Below, one piece after another: positions 39,551-52,119 of a DNA stretch of 64,000 bases. The position numbers and the translations under genes were made by a program. Under the pieces are notes generated by a model. It saw nothing but the letters and a program-made list of their open reading frames with translations, searched no databases and was not told the DNA's origin. Where the stretch lies: NCBI RefSeq assembly GCF_000315625.1, contig NW_005434508.1:46361-110360 (forward strand). Direction: 5' to 3'. Numbering within the stretch: the stretch's first letter is position 1; each line of letters begins with the position of its first letter. The stretch is from Guillardia theta CCMP2712 (lineage: Eukaryota > Protista > Cryptophyta).

Positions 39551-39737
39551 CGCACGCAGCAGAATCAATGGATATTGCAAAGGATTGATANNNNNNNNNN
39601 NNNNNNNNNNNNNNNNNNNNNNNNNNNNNNNNNNNNNNNNNNNNNNNNNNNNNNNNNNNNNNNNNNNNNNNNNNNNNNNNNNNNNNNNNNGCAAGAGGAG
39701 GGAGGGAGGGAGGAGGGCGGCGTCTGACGGGAAGGGT

Positions 39738-40706
39738 GGGGGTACAGGGATCACTCGATCTTGTTCATGCTGAAGCTGCTGACGATGACGGTGGACGAGA
39801 TCCATGCAGGGATGAAGCAGATGGAGAAGCAGCAGGCGGAGGTAGAGGGGGTGGGGGAGAAGGTAGAGAGGATGTGCAAGGAGCTAGGGGATAGGATGGA
39901 AGCGATGTTCAAGGATGGTGGCAATCAGAAAGGTGAAGCAAAAGTGAAGGTTAGCGGCCTTCATGGTTTGAGATCTATCTCTCCAGTGTCGGTTCGACAG
40001 GTTGTTTTATCGTCTCTTGTCTGGTTTGACGGCTGGGCAGGTTGAGCGGAAGGGACCAGGGGACGGAAGGAAAGTGAAGGAAGAAGTGGCTGATGACGTG
40101 TCACCAGCCAAGTCTGAGGACAAGAAGAAGGCGAAGCAGATGTTGGAAGAGCCCGTGGCTGTGATGGACGACTGGTGTGAGTCTCATACAAGAGCGGCTC
40201 GCGGGGGAAAGGAACTCAAGAAACACAGCTCGCATGTTGAGAAGCGCGTCGTCAAACCCTCCGATGGATCCTCTCATGCTGCTGGGGCCTCTGCTGGGAT
40301 CATCCCAAGAAGCGGCTCACTCAACGACATGACGCGAGTGGCTGCACAACGTCTGGACGGAGAAGGACGGAGACGAGAGGACGAGGAGAAGAAAGGAGAA
40401 GGGAGAGGAGAAGGGAGAGGAGAAGGACGCGAAGGCAAGGGAAGGAGCTCAGCAAAGCTCACGGAGAAGGCCTTGAGCGAGGACATCTTTCAAAAGTCCG
40501 CTGACTCTCTTCTTAGAAAGTTGGACCGATCGCGAAAACCAGGGCAGACGTTGACTACCGTCCATGACCGGAACGGAAGTCATCGGACCAAGAAGAGCGG
40601 GAAAGAATCAGACGCTTTCGCTGACCTGATCCTCCTCCCTCGCACGGTTCAAGACTCGGACGATAGTCAGGTCTCTCAGAGCAAGACGGTGAAGGAAGGC
40701 CACTAG
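39738..40706 (+). CDS. 3' end of a channel paralog (coiled-coil and disordered tail); upstream part in or behind a gap
   Basis: 39697-39913 is the near-identical reverse complement of 41702-41914 (DHSILFMLKLLTMTVDEIHAGMK...MEAMFK), followed by a different tail. Confidence 0.65.
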
Positions 40707-40883
40707 GTGCAGAACCTGAACCTGGGCTATCGCTCTACCTCCCCCTTCCTTGCACCTTCTTGCTCGCATTCTTCTCCTTTCATGACCTTGCCCATCTTGC
40801 TCGTCAGACATGAGACAACAACAAGCGCTAGAATGAAGAGAGCTCTCCTTTCCTCTTCTCTTCCTCTTCACATACTTCCTCTC

Positions 40884-43800
40884 TCACATCAAGTGATAGC
40901 CTTCCATCGGGCTCTGCGTGCCCTGCCCAGCAGGACTCCAGCCAGACGGCGACCGGTCGTGCTCGGAAGGCTGCGGAGAAAGCGGAAGGCGGAGAAACTT
41001 TCGCTCCGACATGCTTCGCTCGGCAAGTCTCTCATGCAGGAAGACCATCCTACCGTCCCCGTCGGTGACTGCTGGAGGAGCGCGAACTTGATCGCTGGTT
41101 CCTGTCAGGTGCTGGTACCGCCGCACTTGATAGAACTTGGCGAGAGCTGCCTGATCTATGGGGCTCGCTCTCTCCGGCTCCTGCGCCTTGAGCGAGTTGA
41201 TCCAATGCTCTGCTCCTCTGCTCCTTCCATCTCCGTCTTCGTTCATGTCCAAGGTCCTCGGAGAGCGACCTTCTTCCCTCCTCCTCCTCCTCTCTCCTCG
41301 TCCTCTGACCGAGTCCTGCTCACACGTCAGGCCCATCTTGCCGTCAGGTCATGGACCTGTCGCCGAGGAGAGGAGAGGCTTCCGTTATGCAGCTCCTGCA
41401 GCAGCTTCTGCTTCTGCTCCCCGTGATCTCTGCACGTGCAAACCAGTCAGCTCCGACCGCAACGTGCACCTGCCAACCTGTTGGCCTGCTCCATCCTCAT
41501 GACCGCACTGGGGTACACCATCCGCTCGGGAGAGGAAGGCGATCTCCCGCGAGGAGCTGGAGGACGAGCCTGACCCTCACCCTCCTCTCCCCTCATCGTT
41601 CTGCTCGAAAATCCTTCGATGCCATAAGGGGTCGACGGCGACCTGGTCCTTTCACGATGCTGCAAGTCTTGATCTCGAAGCTCGACGCTACCATACCGAT
41701 TCTTGAACATCGCTTCCATCCTATCCCCTAGCTCCTTGCACATCCTCTCTACCTTCTCCCCCACCCCCTCTACCTCCGCCTGCTGCTTCTCCATATGCTT
41801 CATCCCCGCATGGATCTCGTCCACCGTCATCGTCAGCAGCTTCAGCATGAACAAGATCGAGTGATCCCTGTACCCCCACCCTTCCCGTCAGACGCCGCCC
41901 TCCTCCCTCCCTCCNNNNNNNNNNNNNNNNNNNNNNNNNNNNNNNNNNNNNNNNNNNNNNNNNNNNNNNNNNNNNNNNNNNNNNNNNNNNNNNNNNNNNN
42001 NNNNNNNNNNNNNNNNNNNNNNNNNNNNNNNNNNNNNNNNNNNNTATCGCTTCAGCTCTCCCTTCATCCTGTACCGCCCAAACCATCGTCATCGCCCCGG
42101 GCCCTACGCCCCCTCTCTCTCCTCTTCCCCCCTCCCCCCTTCCCCCCGTCTGCCTGCCCCTCCTCCCTTCCCTCCCCTGCCTCACATGGACTGGAACTGG
42201 TCCGCGTCGAACTCCCCATCCTCCTTGCAAAGGTTTCCTCCCTCCGTGATGATGTCATAGTCGTCCAGCGTCAGATGGATCGGCGTCGGCAGCGGGAGCT
42301 GCTTCAGCCCCGCGTTCAGCTCGTGGAAGTCCAGCCCGCCGCCCCTGCCGCCTCCTCTCAGATGGCAAGTCGCGAGCTCCCCTTCCCTCTTCCTGCTCCC
42401 CTACCCTCATCTGCCTTCTGCTGTCTCTTCCCTTCCCTCTTTCATGCCCTCCCACTGCCTCCCTCTGCCTTACCCGTCGGCGTCAAGCATCGTGTACAGC
42501 TGCTTGATCCGACTCGACAAGTCCACGTTGTCGTTGAACGACGAGATCGACACCAGCAGCGGGGCCAGCACCCCTGAGATCCTCGAAGCCTTCGCCTCCA
42601 GCTCCCGCTGCTCCTGCAGCAGCCTCGCTTGCTCCTCTTTCTCTCGCGTCACCGACGAGATAAACTCGTCCAGCAGCACCGCCACCACGATGTTCACCAG
42701 GATGATCGTCGCTATGATCACGTACGAGATCGAGAAGAGCGCCACCCGCCGGTTCAGGTTCCCTGCCTCCGCGTCGTCCGGCCCAACCTCGTCGAACAGC
42801 GTCCGCGTTACCGAGCTTGCCCACGAGTCTCCCGTCATGATCTGGAACACTGCCATCCTGTACGTTAGTCCTCCCTCCCTTCCTCTCCCCCTCCTCTCCT
42901 CTCCTTACTTGTGCTGTCCCCTCAGTCCAGCCCCGTCCCGCGTCCCCCGCCCACCGCGTCCGCACGCCCCCATCCAGCCCCGCAGCAATGCATAAAACAC
43001 TCCCGTCAGACCCTGATCCGCCTCCCAGCCCCAAGCCCTCCCCCTCTGAGCCTTTCTCTCCTGCTCCCTGCCTGCCCTTCCCCTCATTTCCCTTTCCCTT
43101 CCGCTTCCCAATCCCTCCCTTCTCCTTTCCCTTCCCTCCCTTCCCCTTCCCCTCCTCTGTCCTGCCCCTCTCCTCCCCCGCCCTGCCTCTGCNNNNNNNN
43201 NNNNNNNNNNNNNNNNNNNNNNNNNNNNNNNNNNNNNNNNNNNNNNNNNNNNNNNNNNNNNNNNNNNNNNNNNNNNNNNNNNNNNNNNNNNNCAAGAGCG
43301 ACGCGCTGAAGGACCGAAGAAGTCTTGTTGTAGTCCTTGAACAGATGCGTCCCAGGATCGCGTAGAAGCACGACACCAGCAGCAGCAGCATGAACGCGTT
43401 CATCAGCGGCACCACCGCCCTCCCCAGCGCCGTGATGATTGTGTGCGAGCTCTTCACCTGTCGGAACACAAGCGCTACCCTGTACCTCCCTGTCAGCCTC
43501 CCGTCTCCTCACCAGCCTCGCCCCTCCCTCCTCCTTCCTCCTGACCTGAAGATCCGCACAAGCCCCAACACCTTCAGCTGCGGGTCTGTCTCGAAGGGAG
43601 TGACTACGAGAGAGATGACGACGACCATGAGGTCCATGATGTTCCAGGGGTCTGAGTAGAAGGGCTTGAAGTGGTTCTCGGACATGGCGAACGCTGCTAC
43701 CGACACCTCTACTGTGAAGAAAGCTGTAACAAGTATCCCTACCGTCCTCACAAACAATCCATCGCTTGATGACGCCTCGGGCAGGCTCTCTGCCTCGAAC

Positions 43801-44626
43801 ACATCCACGAAGAAGTTGAGGAAAATCAGCACTGACATCACTGCACACAATCGTCACCATCTTCCTGAAGGTTCAACTTCTCTCATGGGCTTTCCCTCCA
43901 TCTCTTGCTTGCTCTGCTTCTCTTCCTGCCTCCTTCTCGCTGCTTACCTATGTGTGTTGTCCGCGCCTTGATCAGCTTCTTCGCCTTGAAGCGCAGCCAC
44001 AGATACTTGCTGTCCCCGATCTCTTTCAGCGCATTCTCCTTCCGCTTCGCCTTCATCGCCAGCTTCAGCCCCGTCGACATGTCCTTGTGCCATTCCAGGC
44101 ACTCCGCCTCCGTCTTCATCCGATACACGTACGTACGCCCGGAGTTGTGTCCTCCCTCTACCGTGCGGATGATGAGGCAAAGCTTCTCCTCGCGCTCACT
44201 CTTGTTCTCCCCCTCCATCATCAGCTGCACCACCTCATGCAGCGGGATGTAGTCGATCACGGTCTCGTCGTCCTCGATGACGCCATCGTCGTTGAGGAAG
44301 CAGATCATGCGGTCGGTGAGGACGACGCCTTGTGTCTTCCATGTGACGACTGTACCAGCGATCTTCTTCTCGAGGATGCCAGATCGAAGCTGCTTGCCGC
44401 ATTCTCGCAGCTTCAATTCCTCCACCAAGCTTCCATGAATGCTGGGTTCCGAATTTTTTCTCTTCAACAAGTTGAGCGGTGAGTTTGATCCCTTGGGTGC
44501 GCTTGCTGCAGAGGAAGGTTGAAGTTGAGAAGGAGACAAGTCGGACGAGGAGGAAGACGCCTTCATGTCTTCTATCCTCTTGGACATGGCGCGGGACACT
44601 GTAGCAGACGCCACCGCCATTCCCAT
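40884..44626 (-). CDS. Single-domain 6-TM voltage-gated-type cation channel (EukCat/BacNav/CatSper-like) with N-terminal PH domain and C-terminal EF-hand
   Basis: PH LRSGILEKK...RTYVYRMKTEAECLEW; S2-S3 FFTVEV, DPWNIMDLMVV; S4 LKVLGLVRIFRVALVFRQVK; pore FQIMTGDSW; S6 ILVNIVVAVLLDEF; EF-hand LDADG/SGGLDFHEL. Apparent 1-bp deletions next to the gap at ~43300-43355. Confidence 0.85.
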
Positions 44627-45887
44627 CCCCAAGTCAAACTCCCCAGCCTTCTAAAATGCATACACCCCCTACCAACCCCCTCACCCCATTATCCCCCTAC
44701 CCCCCTCAATCGGAACACCCTCAACACCATCTACCCTCTTCGCCCCTTCAATGGTCATCAAAATCCACCGGTTCTGAGAGGACCCTACCCTCAAACGCCC
44801 AAAAGTTCTCAGTGAACCACCCTCCTAAACCAATGACCCTACCACCCTCGTTTCCCAAAACCACTACCCCACCCGCACGTGTTGGTCGCATTCCCCGACA
44901 AAGCGCCCCAGCACCCTTTACATGCAGCATCTGATTACCCCTGTCCACCTCAGAATATTGGAGGGTAGGGTATTCGGTGTTGTAGTATATATTCGGCAGG
45001 AAGTTTACTTCAGTCCACTACCCCTCCCCTTAATCAAAAGTAAACATCTACCCCCACTTTTACTACCCCCACCGTCCCCTCTACCCCACATTGCAGTGAC
45101 ACCTCACAGGAAACATGAACTTAGCTGGGCCCGGCCGCTCCCCGGGCCCCGCCGGCCCGCGATCGTCGGAGGCTCCGAGGCTCCGATTTCTGAGTCAAGC
45201 CCAAGCCTTGAAGTTCCGCTCGGACTGTTCGGTGACCGGCGCCGCTCAGTGCACTTTCGGGGTAAAGCCAGGGACGGTCACCATGCGCTGACTACACGTC
45301 CAGTGCGGCAAGGATGCTGGCCTTCACTTTCAGGGTACGGTCAGGGTATGGTCATGCCAAGGCGGTTCTCCTCATGATGTGTTAGTACGTCCGGTACAAC
45401 TTGTGGTATCATTTGAACCCCAACCCCGCTGACAAACTTCCAAGCAGTGCCAGGCCCTGGTTCATACCGGGCTGCTGCATCATGATCCGGCGATCAAATG
45501 ATCGGACCGTTAGCCGGGGCGGGCTGGGGCGGGCCCAGGGGCGGGCCCGTGAATTGTGGGGGAGGAGGGCGATGAGCAGCAAGATGAGGCGCCCTTCCTA
45601 GCGATCAAGCGCTCGCTCGAAGCTGCGAGACAAGTTGAAGCAACCCTCTCCTCCTCTTCCTCCTCCTCCTCCTCCTCCTCCTCCTCCTCATCATCATCAT
45701 CCATCCTCCCCCTTCCCCTCCCCCTCCATCCTCTTTCCCCTCTACTTCTTTTTCTTCCTCCTCCTTGTCATCCTTCCGTGTGATATCTCTCCCATCATCC
45801 TCCTTCTTTCTCCTCCTCACCGTCACTGAATTGCACCTCTTGATCCTCTCTCCCAACGCTCACGGCATCTCAGCCTGTAATCACAGC

Positions 45888-48543
45888 ATGATGAAGTCAA
45901 AGTCATCGTTGTCCCTCGCGCTCCTCCTCCTCCTCTGCTGCTTGGACTCAAGCGTCCAGCAGAAGAAGTCCAAGAGCAAGCGGGGAGGAGGAGGGGACAG
46001 TGGCGCCATCCTCAAGGCCAAATTCGCTGCCCAGGAAGGAGCAGCAGCGCTGGACAAAGGGAACTTTCAACTGGCCATGAGCAAGTACCAGAGGGCGGTT
46101 GAGATGGACCCGGGGTATTCAGACTACCACACTCAGCTCGCTACAGCCCTCCGGGCGATGGGCAGGAAGGACGAGGCAGCGCGCTCATACGAGGCCGCGA
46201 TCTCCATGATGGATGAGCCCAGGAACAAGGCGGGAGGAGATCAGTACTGGGCGGCTGTCCACATCAACCTGGGATACCTGTACGCGGAGGGGGGAGGAGG
46301 GGGCTTGTTCGAGGGCGCGATGGCGCTGGCGGCAGAGAAGTTCAAGGTCGCCACTCAGCTGATCCCGCAGTTCGGAGAGGCATACACGTACTGGGGGAAC
46401 GCGTACCAGGAGATGGGGAGGTGGCAGGAGGCTCTCGATGTCTTCATGCTGCTGCTGGAGAGGGTGCCGGCCTCGTCGATGGAGGTAGAGAAGCAGGCGA
46501 CAGCTCACTTCCACATCGCCAACTGCTGGGGGGCGCTAGGTAAGACGGACAAAAGTCTTGAGGCGTATAAGGAGGCGACAAGGATCAACCCCAAGTTTGC
46601 GGCCGCCTACACCAACATGGGGACGATCCACCAGGGGAGGAAACACAACGAGCTCGCACGGGAGTCGTTGGAGCTGGCGGTAAAGATCGACCCGGAGCTG
46701 GCGGAAGCATACACGAACCTGGGAATCGCGATCCAAGACCTCGGGGACTCGGAGACGGCAGTGAGGCTGACGGAGCTGGCAATCCGGCTGAAGCCTTCCA
46801 TGGGGGCAGGTTACAACAACTGGGGCCGCGCGCTCGAGAACTCCCAGCAGCTAGAGAAGGCGCTGGAGGCGTACAAGCTTGCCTTGAAGCATGGGAGCTC
46901 CTCCTTCGCGGACGCGTTCTGCGCCAAGGTCTACCTGGAGCACTTCCTGTGCGGATGGAACACTCTATCGACGGACATGCGGCAAGTGTCGAAGTACCTT
47001 GAGGAGAACCTCCACCCCAGCCAGGCGAGCAACGAGCCGTGCGTCCAGCCCTTCCGCGCGTTCGCGTATCCTCTCTCGCCCATCCTGTTCATGAATGTGA
47101 CCAAGAAGGTCGTCGACCAGGAGCGCGTGCGAGTGCCCGCAAAGTCTATGTTCAAGACGAGCCCAGCTAGGCACCTGGACCCGCGGGTGGATCGGCTGCG
47201 AGTCGGGTACATGTCGGCAGACTTTGGGGGGCACACGGTCGGGTCACTGATCCGCAACCTGCTGAAGATGCACAACCGGCATCGGGTCGAGATCTTCGGC
47301 ATCGGGATGATGAAGGGGGATGGAACAGAATGGAACATCGACATGCAGACAAGCGTCGACCGATGGCTGAACATTCATGCCATGACCGATCACGCTGCCG
47401 CCTTCGCGGTGCGCTCCCACTCCTGACTTGCTTCTTCTCTGACGCTCGTGCTCAGGTCGATGCCCTCGAGGCTCACATCCTGGTGGACCTCAACGGGCAC
47501 AGCAAGGGGTCGAGGATGGGGGTGCTCCTGCGACGGCCTGCTCCCATCCTCATCGCGTACCTCGGTTACCCCTCGACGTCCGGGGGGCTCGCCGACTTTC
47601 TGATCGCCGACAAGTGGGTTGCGCCTCCTGAGACGGAGCACCTCTACTACGAGAAGCTCGTCTTTCTCCCCTACTCCTACTTCGTCAACGACCACCGCCA
47701 GCTCTACCCTCGCCCCTTCGAGCACTCTCCCACCCGCCAGGAGTACAAGCTGCCGTCCTCCGGCATCATCTTCGGGAACTTCGGGCAGCTGTACAAGGTT
47801 GAGCCGAGCCTCTTTGACGTGTGGGTGCGGATTATCAAGAGGACGAGTAACACGTCGCTGTGGCTGCTCAAGTTCCCCAAGGAGGCTGTGAAGCGCCTGC
47901 TCAAGGAGGCTGACAAGCGCGGACTGCCGCGCGATCGGCTGGTGCTGACGAGTCTCCTGCCGATTGACTCGCACCTGGCGATCAAGGCGGTTGCTGACGT
48001 GGCACTTGACACCAACATGTTCAACGGGCACACTACAGGAGCCGACACGCTCTGGTCGGGCCTGCCGCTAGTGAGCCTGTCGGGGGAGCAGATGCGCTCG
48101 AGGGCGGGGGCGAGCATGGCGTACGCGCTCGGGGTGACGCGATGGCTGGCGAGGAGCCTGGAGGACTACGAGGAGATCGCAGTGAGGTTGGCGTCGAAGC
48201 CAGAGGCGATCAGGAGGGCGAAGGAGGAGATGGAGGCCGGGATTAGGGACTCTACTTTCTTCGACACGGCCTTCTGGGCCAAGGGCTTCGAGCGATCCTG
48301 GTTCCTTATGTGGGAAGCGTTCGCAGCAGAGGGGAAGGCGCAGAGCCACCACCTGGTTGCCAGCAGGGAGAGGCTGGAAGAGTACGGGAGCGACTGGGAG
48401 CCGCAAAACCTGATGATCGGAACATCGCGGCATCCTCGGAGACAAACCCCAGGGGGTCCCAAGGTACTGCTGGCTATCGCCTCTTCCCACTGACTCGCGC
48501 GCAGCACGACCCGCTCGGACTGTCGGAGCAGGACGACGCCTAA
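45888..48543 (+). CDS. O-GlcNAc transferase-like GT41 protein with signal peptide and TPR array
   Basis: SLSLALLLLLCCLDS leader; about 8 TPRs; LRVGYMSADFGGH, HILVDLNGHSKG, YLGYPSTSG, NFGQLYK, NGHTTGADTLWSGLP; introns 47409-47455 and probably 48464-48504. Confidence 0.9.
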
Positions 48544-48576
48544 CGACTGTGCAATGGGATGCTTTTGACAGATATT

Positions 48577-50095
48577 TCATCGAAACCACGGGGGCAAGTC
48601 CTCGGGCCCTTCCTCGTCCTCCTCCTCGTCCTCCTCGTTGCGCCCCGTCGTGACTCTCCTCTTCCTGTTCGAGGACGAAGACCTTGGTCGTGATGTACTG
48701 ACTCCCAGCCCTTGATTCTTGGATTGGGTCCTCCTCTTGGACCTCTCCTCTTCCAGCAGCTCTTCGTGCTCAAGCTGCCGCAAGTAATCGTCGAGCTGCT
48801 GCTGACTGGTCGGAGGTTCGTGGAGGTCTGCTGATGCAGAGTACCTGGAGGAGGTCAAGAGCGACAAGATGCGCGGGCCAACCACCTCCTCCTCGTCATG
48901 TCGACTTGCACGTACTCGTGGAGAGTTTTGCTGTGGGCGTCTTAGGGAAGAGGCAGGAACGAGGAGAGAGGAGAGAGGACGGAGGAGGAGAGGACGGAGG
49001 AGGAGAGGAACAGGGAGGGCTGAGGAGGCTTTGGGAGGGGAGGAGCTGCTTGCCTCAAGGCCACGTGGCCATTGAACTCGCTAGTGTCAATCGCATTCTG
49101 CCCCAACTTGTTCGCGTCCGTCACTCGCGCCCCGAGCGCGATCAGCACATCGCACATGTCCCCGTCTCCTCTCTTCGCCGCGTAGTGGAGCGGAGTGTAT
49201 CCTTCCACCTGCGGCGTCGTCAACCAGCCTCCCTCCTACCTCCCGCACTCACATCCCTTGCCCGCACTCCCGCGCCGTTGCGGACGAGCAACCTCAGAGC
49301 CTTGATGTTGCCTGAGAGGGCCAGGAGATGAGCCGCGCTCTGCTTCTTCTTGGAGTAGTCGCAGAGCGTCAAGTTTGCTCCTCCTTGGATCGCCTGCCTG
49401 ACCTTGTCGAAGTCTCCCTCCAAGCAAGCCTCATACAGCTTCCTCGTCTGATCCGTGACCTGCGCCTCGCCAAGACCTGCAGGAGCTTTGAGGAGTTCTA
49501 TCCCTTCGTCCTCGTTCACTTCCTTGTCCTTGCCTTCATTGCCGTCCTTGCTCTCTTCCTCTACCTTGACCTTCACTTCATCCTCCATCTCCGTGTTCAA
49601 CGGCTGCTCGTTCCCCTCCAGCTCGCTGCCTTCCGCGTCCTTGGAGTCGCTCAGCAACGTCGCAGTGGGCTCGAGACCGAGAGCCTTCCTCCTCTGTTTC
49701 AAGTAGCTCTGCACGCCCTCGCTCCCCAGCATCTTCGACAGGAACTGCCTACAATCGTCCACGTCTTGGAAGGACTCGGTCAATGACTCTGAGCTCTCCA
49801 TCCTAGGAGGGCGACAGGACAAGACTGCCGATGCCCGTGTGCTGTTCTCCGGATCTGAGATCTCCTCCACGCTGTCACCTAGAGGGGCTCCTGGGGCTTC
49901 TCCTCCTCTCAGAGCTAGCGAGGTGTGTGGTGCGATGCTGAGGTGGCAGTGCGAGGCCCGTCGGAGAGGAGGAGAGGAGGAGAGGAGCGTGAAGTGGTCA
50001 TAGAGGAGGAGACTTGACAGCAACGTCAAGAGAGGAAGTCGCTGACCGATAATCCTCACACCGCTGCTACATGCAACACATTGGTCGGAAAACAT
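48577..50095 (-). CDS. Ankyrin-repeat protein with hydrophobic leader and LRGG-containing presequence
   Basis: AAHLLALSGNIKALRLLVRNGAGVRARD / VEGYTPLHYAAKRGDGDMCDVLIALGA; acidic C-terminus. Confidence 0.8.
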
Positions 50096-50588
50096 TGATC
50101 GCCCCCTCCTCGTCCCTCGTTCTACTAGTCCTTTTCCTCAATGATTGAACGAAGCATCACCCGTTTCGTATGATGCAAGGTATGAGATGTCGGAAGACAG
50201 GTGGCAGGAGCAAACTTGGTTGGAGGAGATGGAGGATTAGAGGACCAAAGCAGGATTAGGGAAGGACATGGAGTCAGGGAGAGGGAGGAGGGAGGGGATA
50301 GGACGTCAGGGAGGGTGCGGGAGGGAAGGAGGGGGGGGGGGGGGAGGAGGAGAAGGCGAAGGAGCGAGAAGCAAGTGGGGAAGGGAGCAGAGTCTAGGAT
50401 CCACTCAGGGATTGATGTCGAGTAGGGGTGGGTGAATGAATTATAGGGGGTGATGTGGAATTGAGAAGGGTACATAAATCTTCAAATTTACGATATATTG
50501 GGGGTAGGGGGTACTCAAATTCCTTTGAAGGGTAGAGGTCACTGAATATCTAGGGGGTGGAGGTAGAGGGGAACGGCTAGGAAGTGCC

Positions 50589-51339
50589 ATGGTGGACGGC
50601 TGGATGGGCGCTGCGCTGCAGCAGCTAGAGGGGAGGCACCCAGCCATGGCCGCGCTCCTTCACATCCTCATCACTGCTCTGTGCACAATGTCCGCGGTAA
50701 GACGTGCGATTCGGCATGAGAGGAGGAGGCGGGGACGTCAGTGTGGTGACGTCTCGTCAGGTTATCACCACCACCCCCATGAACTTTGCAGCTGGGATGC
50801 TCTTCGGCATCCTTCCTGGAGCCGCCATCATGAATGTCGGATGCGTCGTTGGGAGCATGGCAAACTTCTTCATCGGGCGATACGTAGCAAGGGAATGGGC
50901 CAGGAAGAGACTCCAGGAGTCCCCCACATTGTCTGCGCTCGAGGCGGCGCTGCAGAAACGAGCTGTCTTCATCATCACCCTCGCGCGTCTGTCGCCCGTC
51001 TTCCCCTTTGCCATGGTACGTGAGATGCTGCTGCCGCGGCTGGTGGCTGACGAGCATGCTATCGGTCCGCAGGTCGGGTATGCTCTCGGCGCCTCTGCGG
51101 TGACTATGCGAGACTTTGCGGTAGGAACTGCCGTTGGGCTCTTTCCGGGATGCATCCTGTACAGTTGGATAGGAGTGAGCATGAAGGATATGAGCAGCAA
51201 GGAGGGAGGAGGAGCCGGCTCGTGGATCAGTATCATGATCAGTGTTGCTTCCACTATCGCCATTTCGATCTACGCCAAGAGAGTGTACGATGACGCCGTC
51301 AAAGACTCGAGCAGGACTGCAGTGAACAAGCGAGTTTGA
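50589..51339 (+). CDS. TVP38/TMEM64 (SNARE-associated, DedA/VTT superfamily) membrane protein, 3 exons
   Basis: AAGMLFGILPGAAI...GSMANFFIGRY...LARLSPVFPF/VGYALGASAVTMRDFAVGTAVGLFPG. Confidence 0.88.
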
Positions 51340-52119
51340 CGTGAAGCGTCTGTGAGGATGAGGTGAAAACCTCGTCGGGTCTCTTACGGTCTCTTGGTGC
51401 AGATTCTCTGATCCACAAGTTCCTCCGGCAGCCATTTTAAATTTTTCATGCTATCCTTGAGTTCGACTTCACTGTTGCCCTGCCGAGATTTCCGATGGAA
51501 CTTTTGTGTTTATTCCAGGTTCTGCCTACTAGTGTGCAAACAATGTCGTCGAGCTTTCTTTCGTGTTCGATTACATGGATACTATCAGGAGCGATTCGAG
51601 TGTCAAGAAGCCTGGAGAAGAAGCTTCAGAGTAGAACGCGACGGCATGCACGGCTCTGCTCCTCATTCTCGTCTTGTGCTTTCATCAAAGTAGAAGTCTT
51701 GTAATGAATTTTCCTTCTGCATCGATTTGATCAACTCAAATATGCAGCGGGCTTTCGGTGAGGACCTTTAGATTAATGTGACAAGGTAACGATCTAACTG
51801 TTGAGAGAGATTTTCATTTCTAGAAATGTTCTTTTGAGGGGAAAAGTGCATAGCAGAGAAGAACTTCGAAAACATCGAGATTATATTCAAACATCCTCCC
51901 TCGCTCATTTGACCAAACGCAAATTACATTTCCCCTCCTGCTCCTCCCTCGCTCACACAAGTCGCCCATCCTGTGAGAATGTCGCCTCCGTCCTGTAAGC
52001 TCGTTCGTATCGGCTCTCGTCTTCTACTGTACAAGCCCCTTCATGCCCCCATGATCTACGCCCTCCCTTTCTTCCTTCCCGCCCCCCAAGTAGCCATGCC
52101 TCGACCCGAAGGGCTCATT

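Noticed and set aside
43293-43360. Frameshifts in the channel S5/P-loop exon suggesting a pseudogene
   Set aside because: Several 1-bp losses in short runs cluster within ~65 bp of an N-gap, typical of low-quality contig ends; not called without reads.
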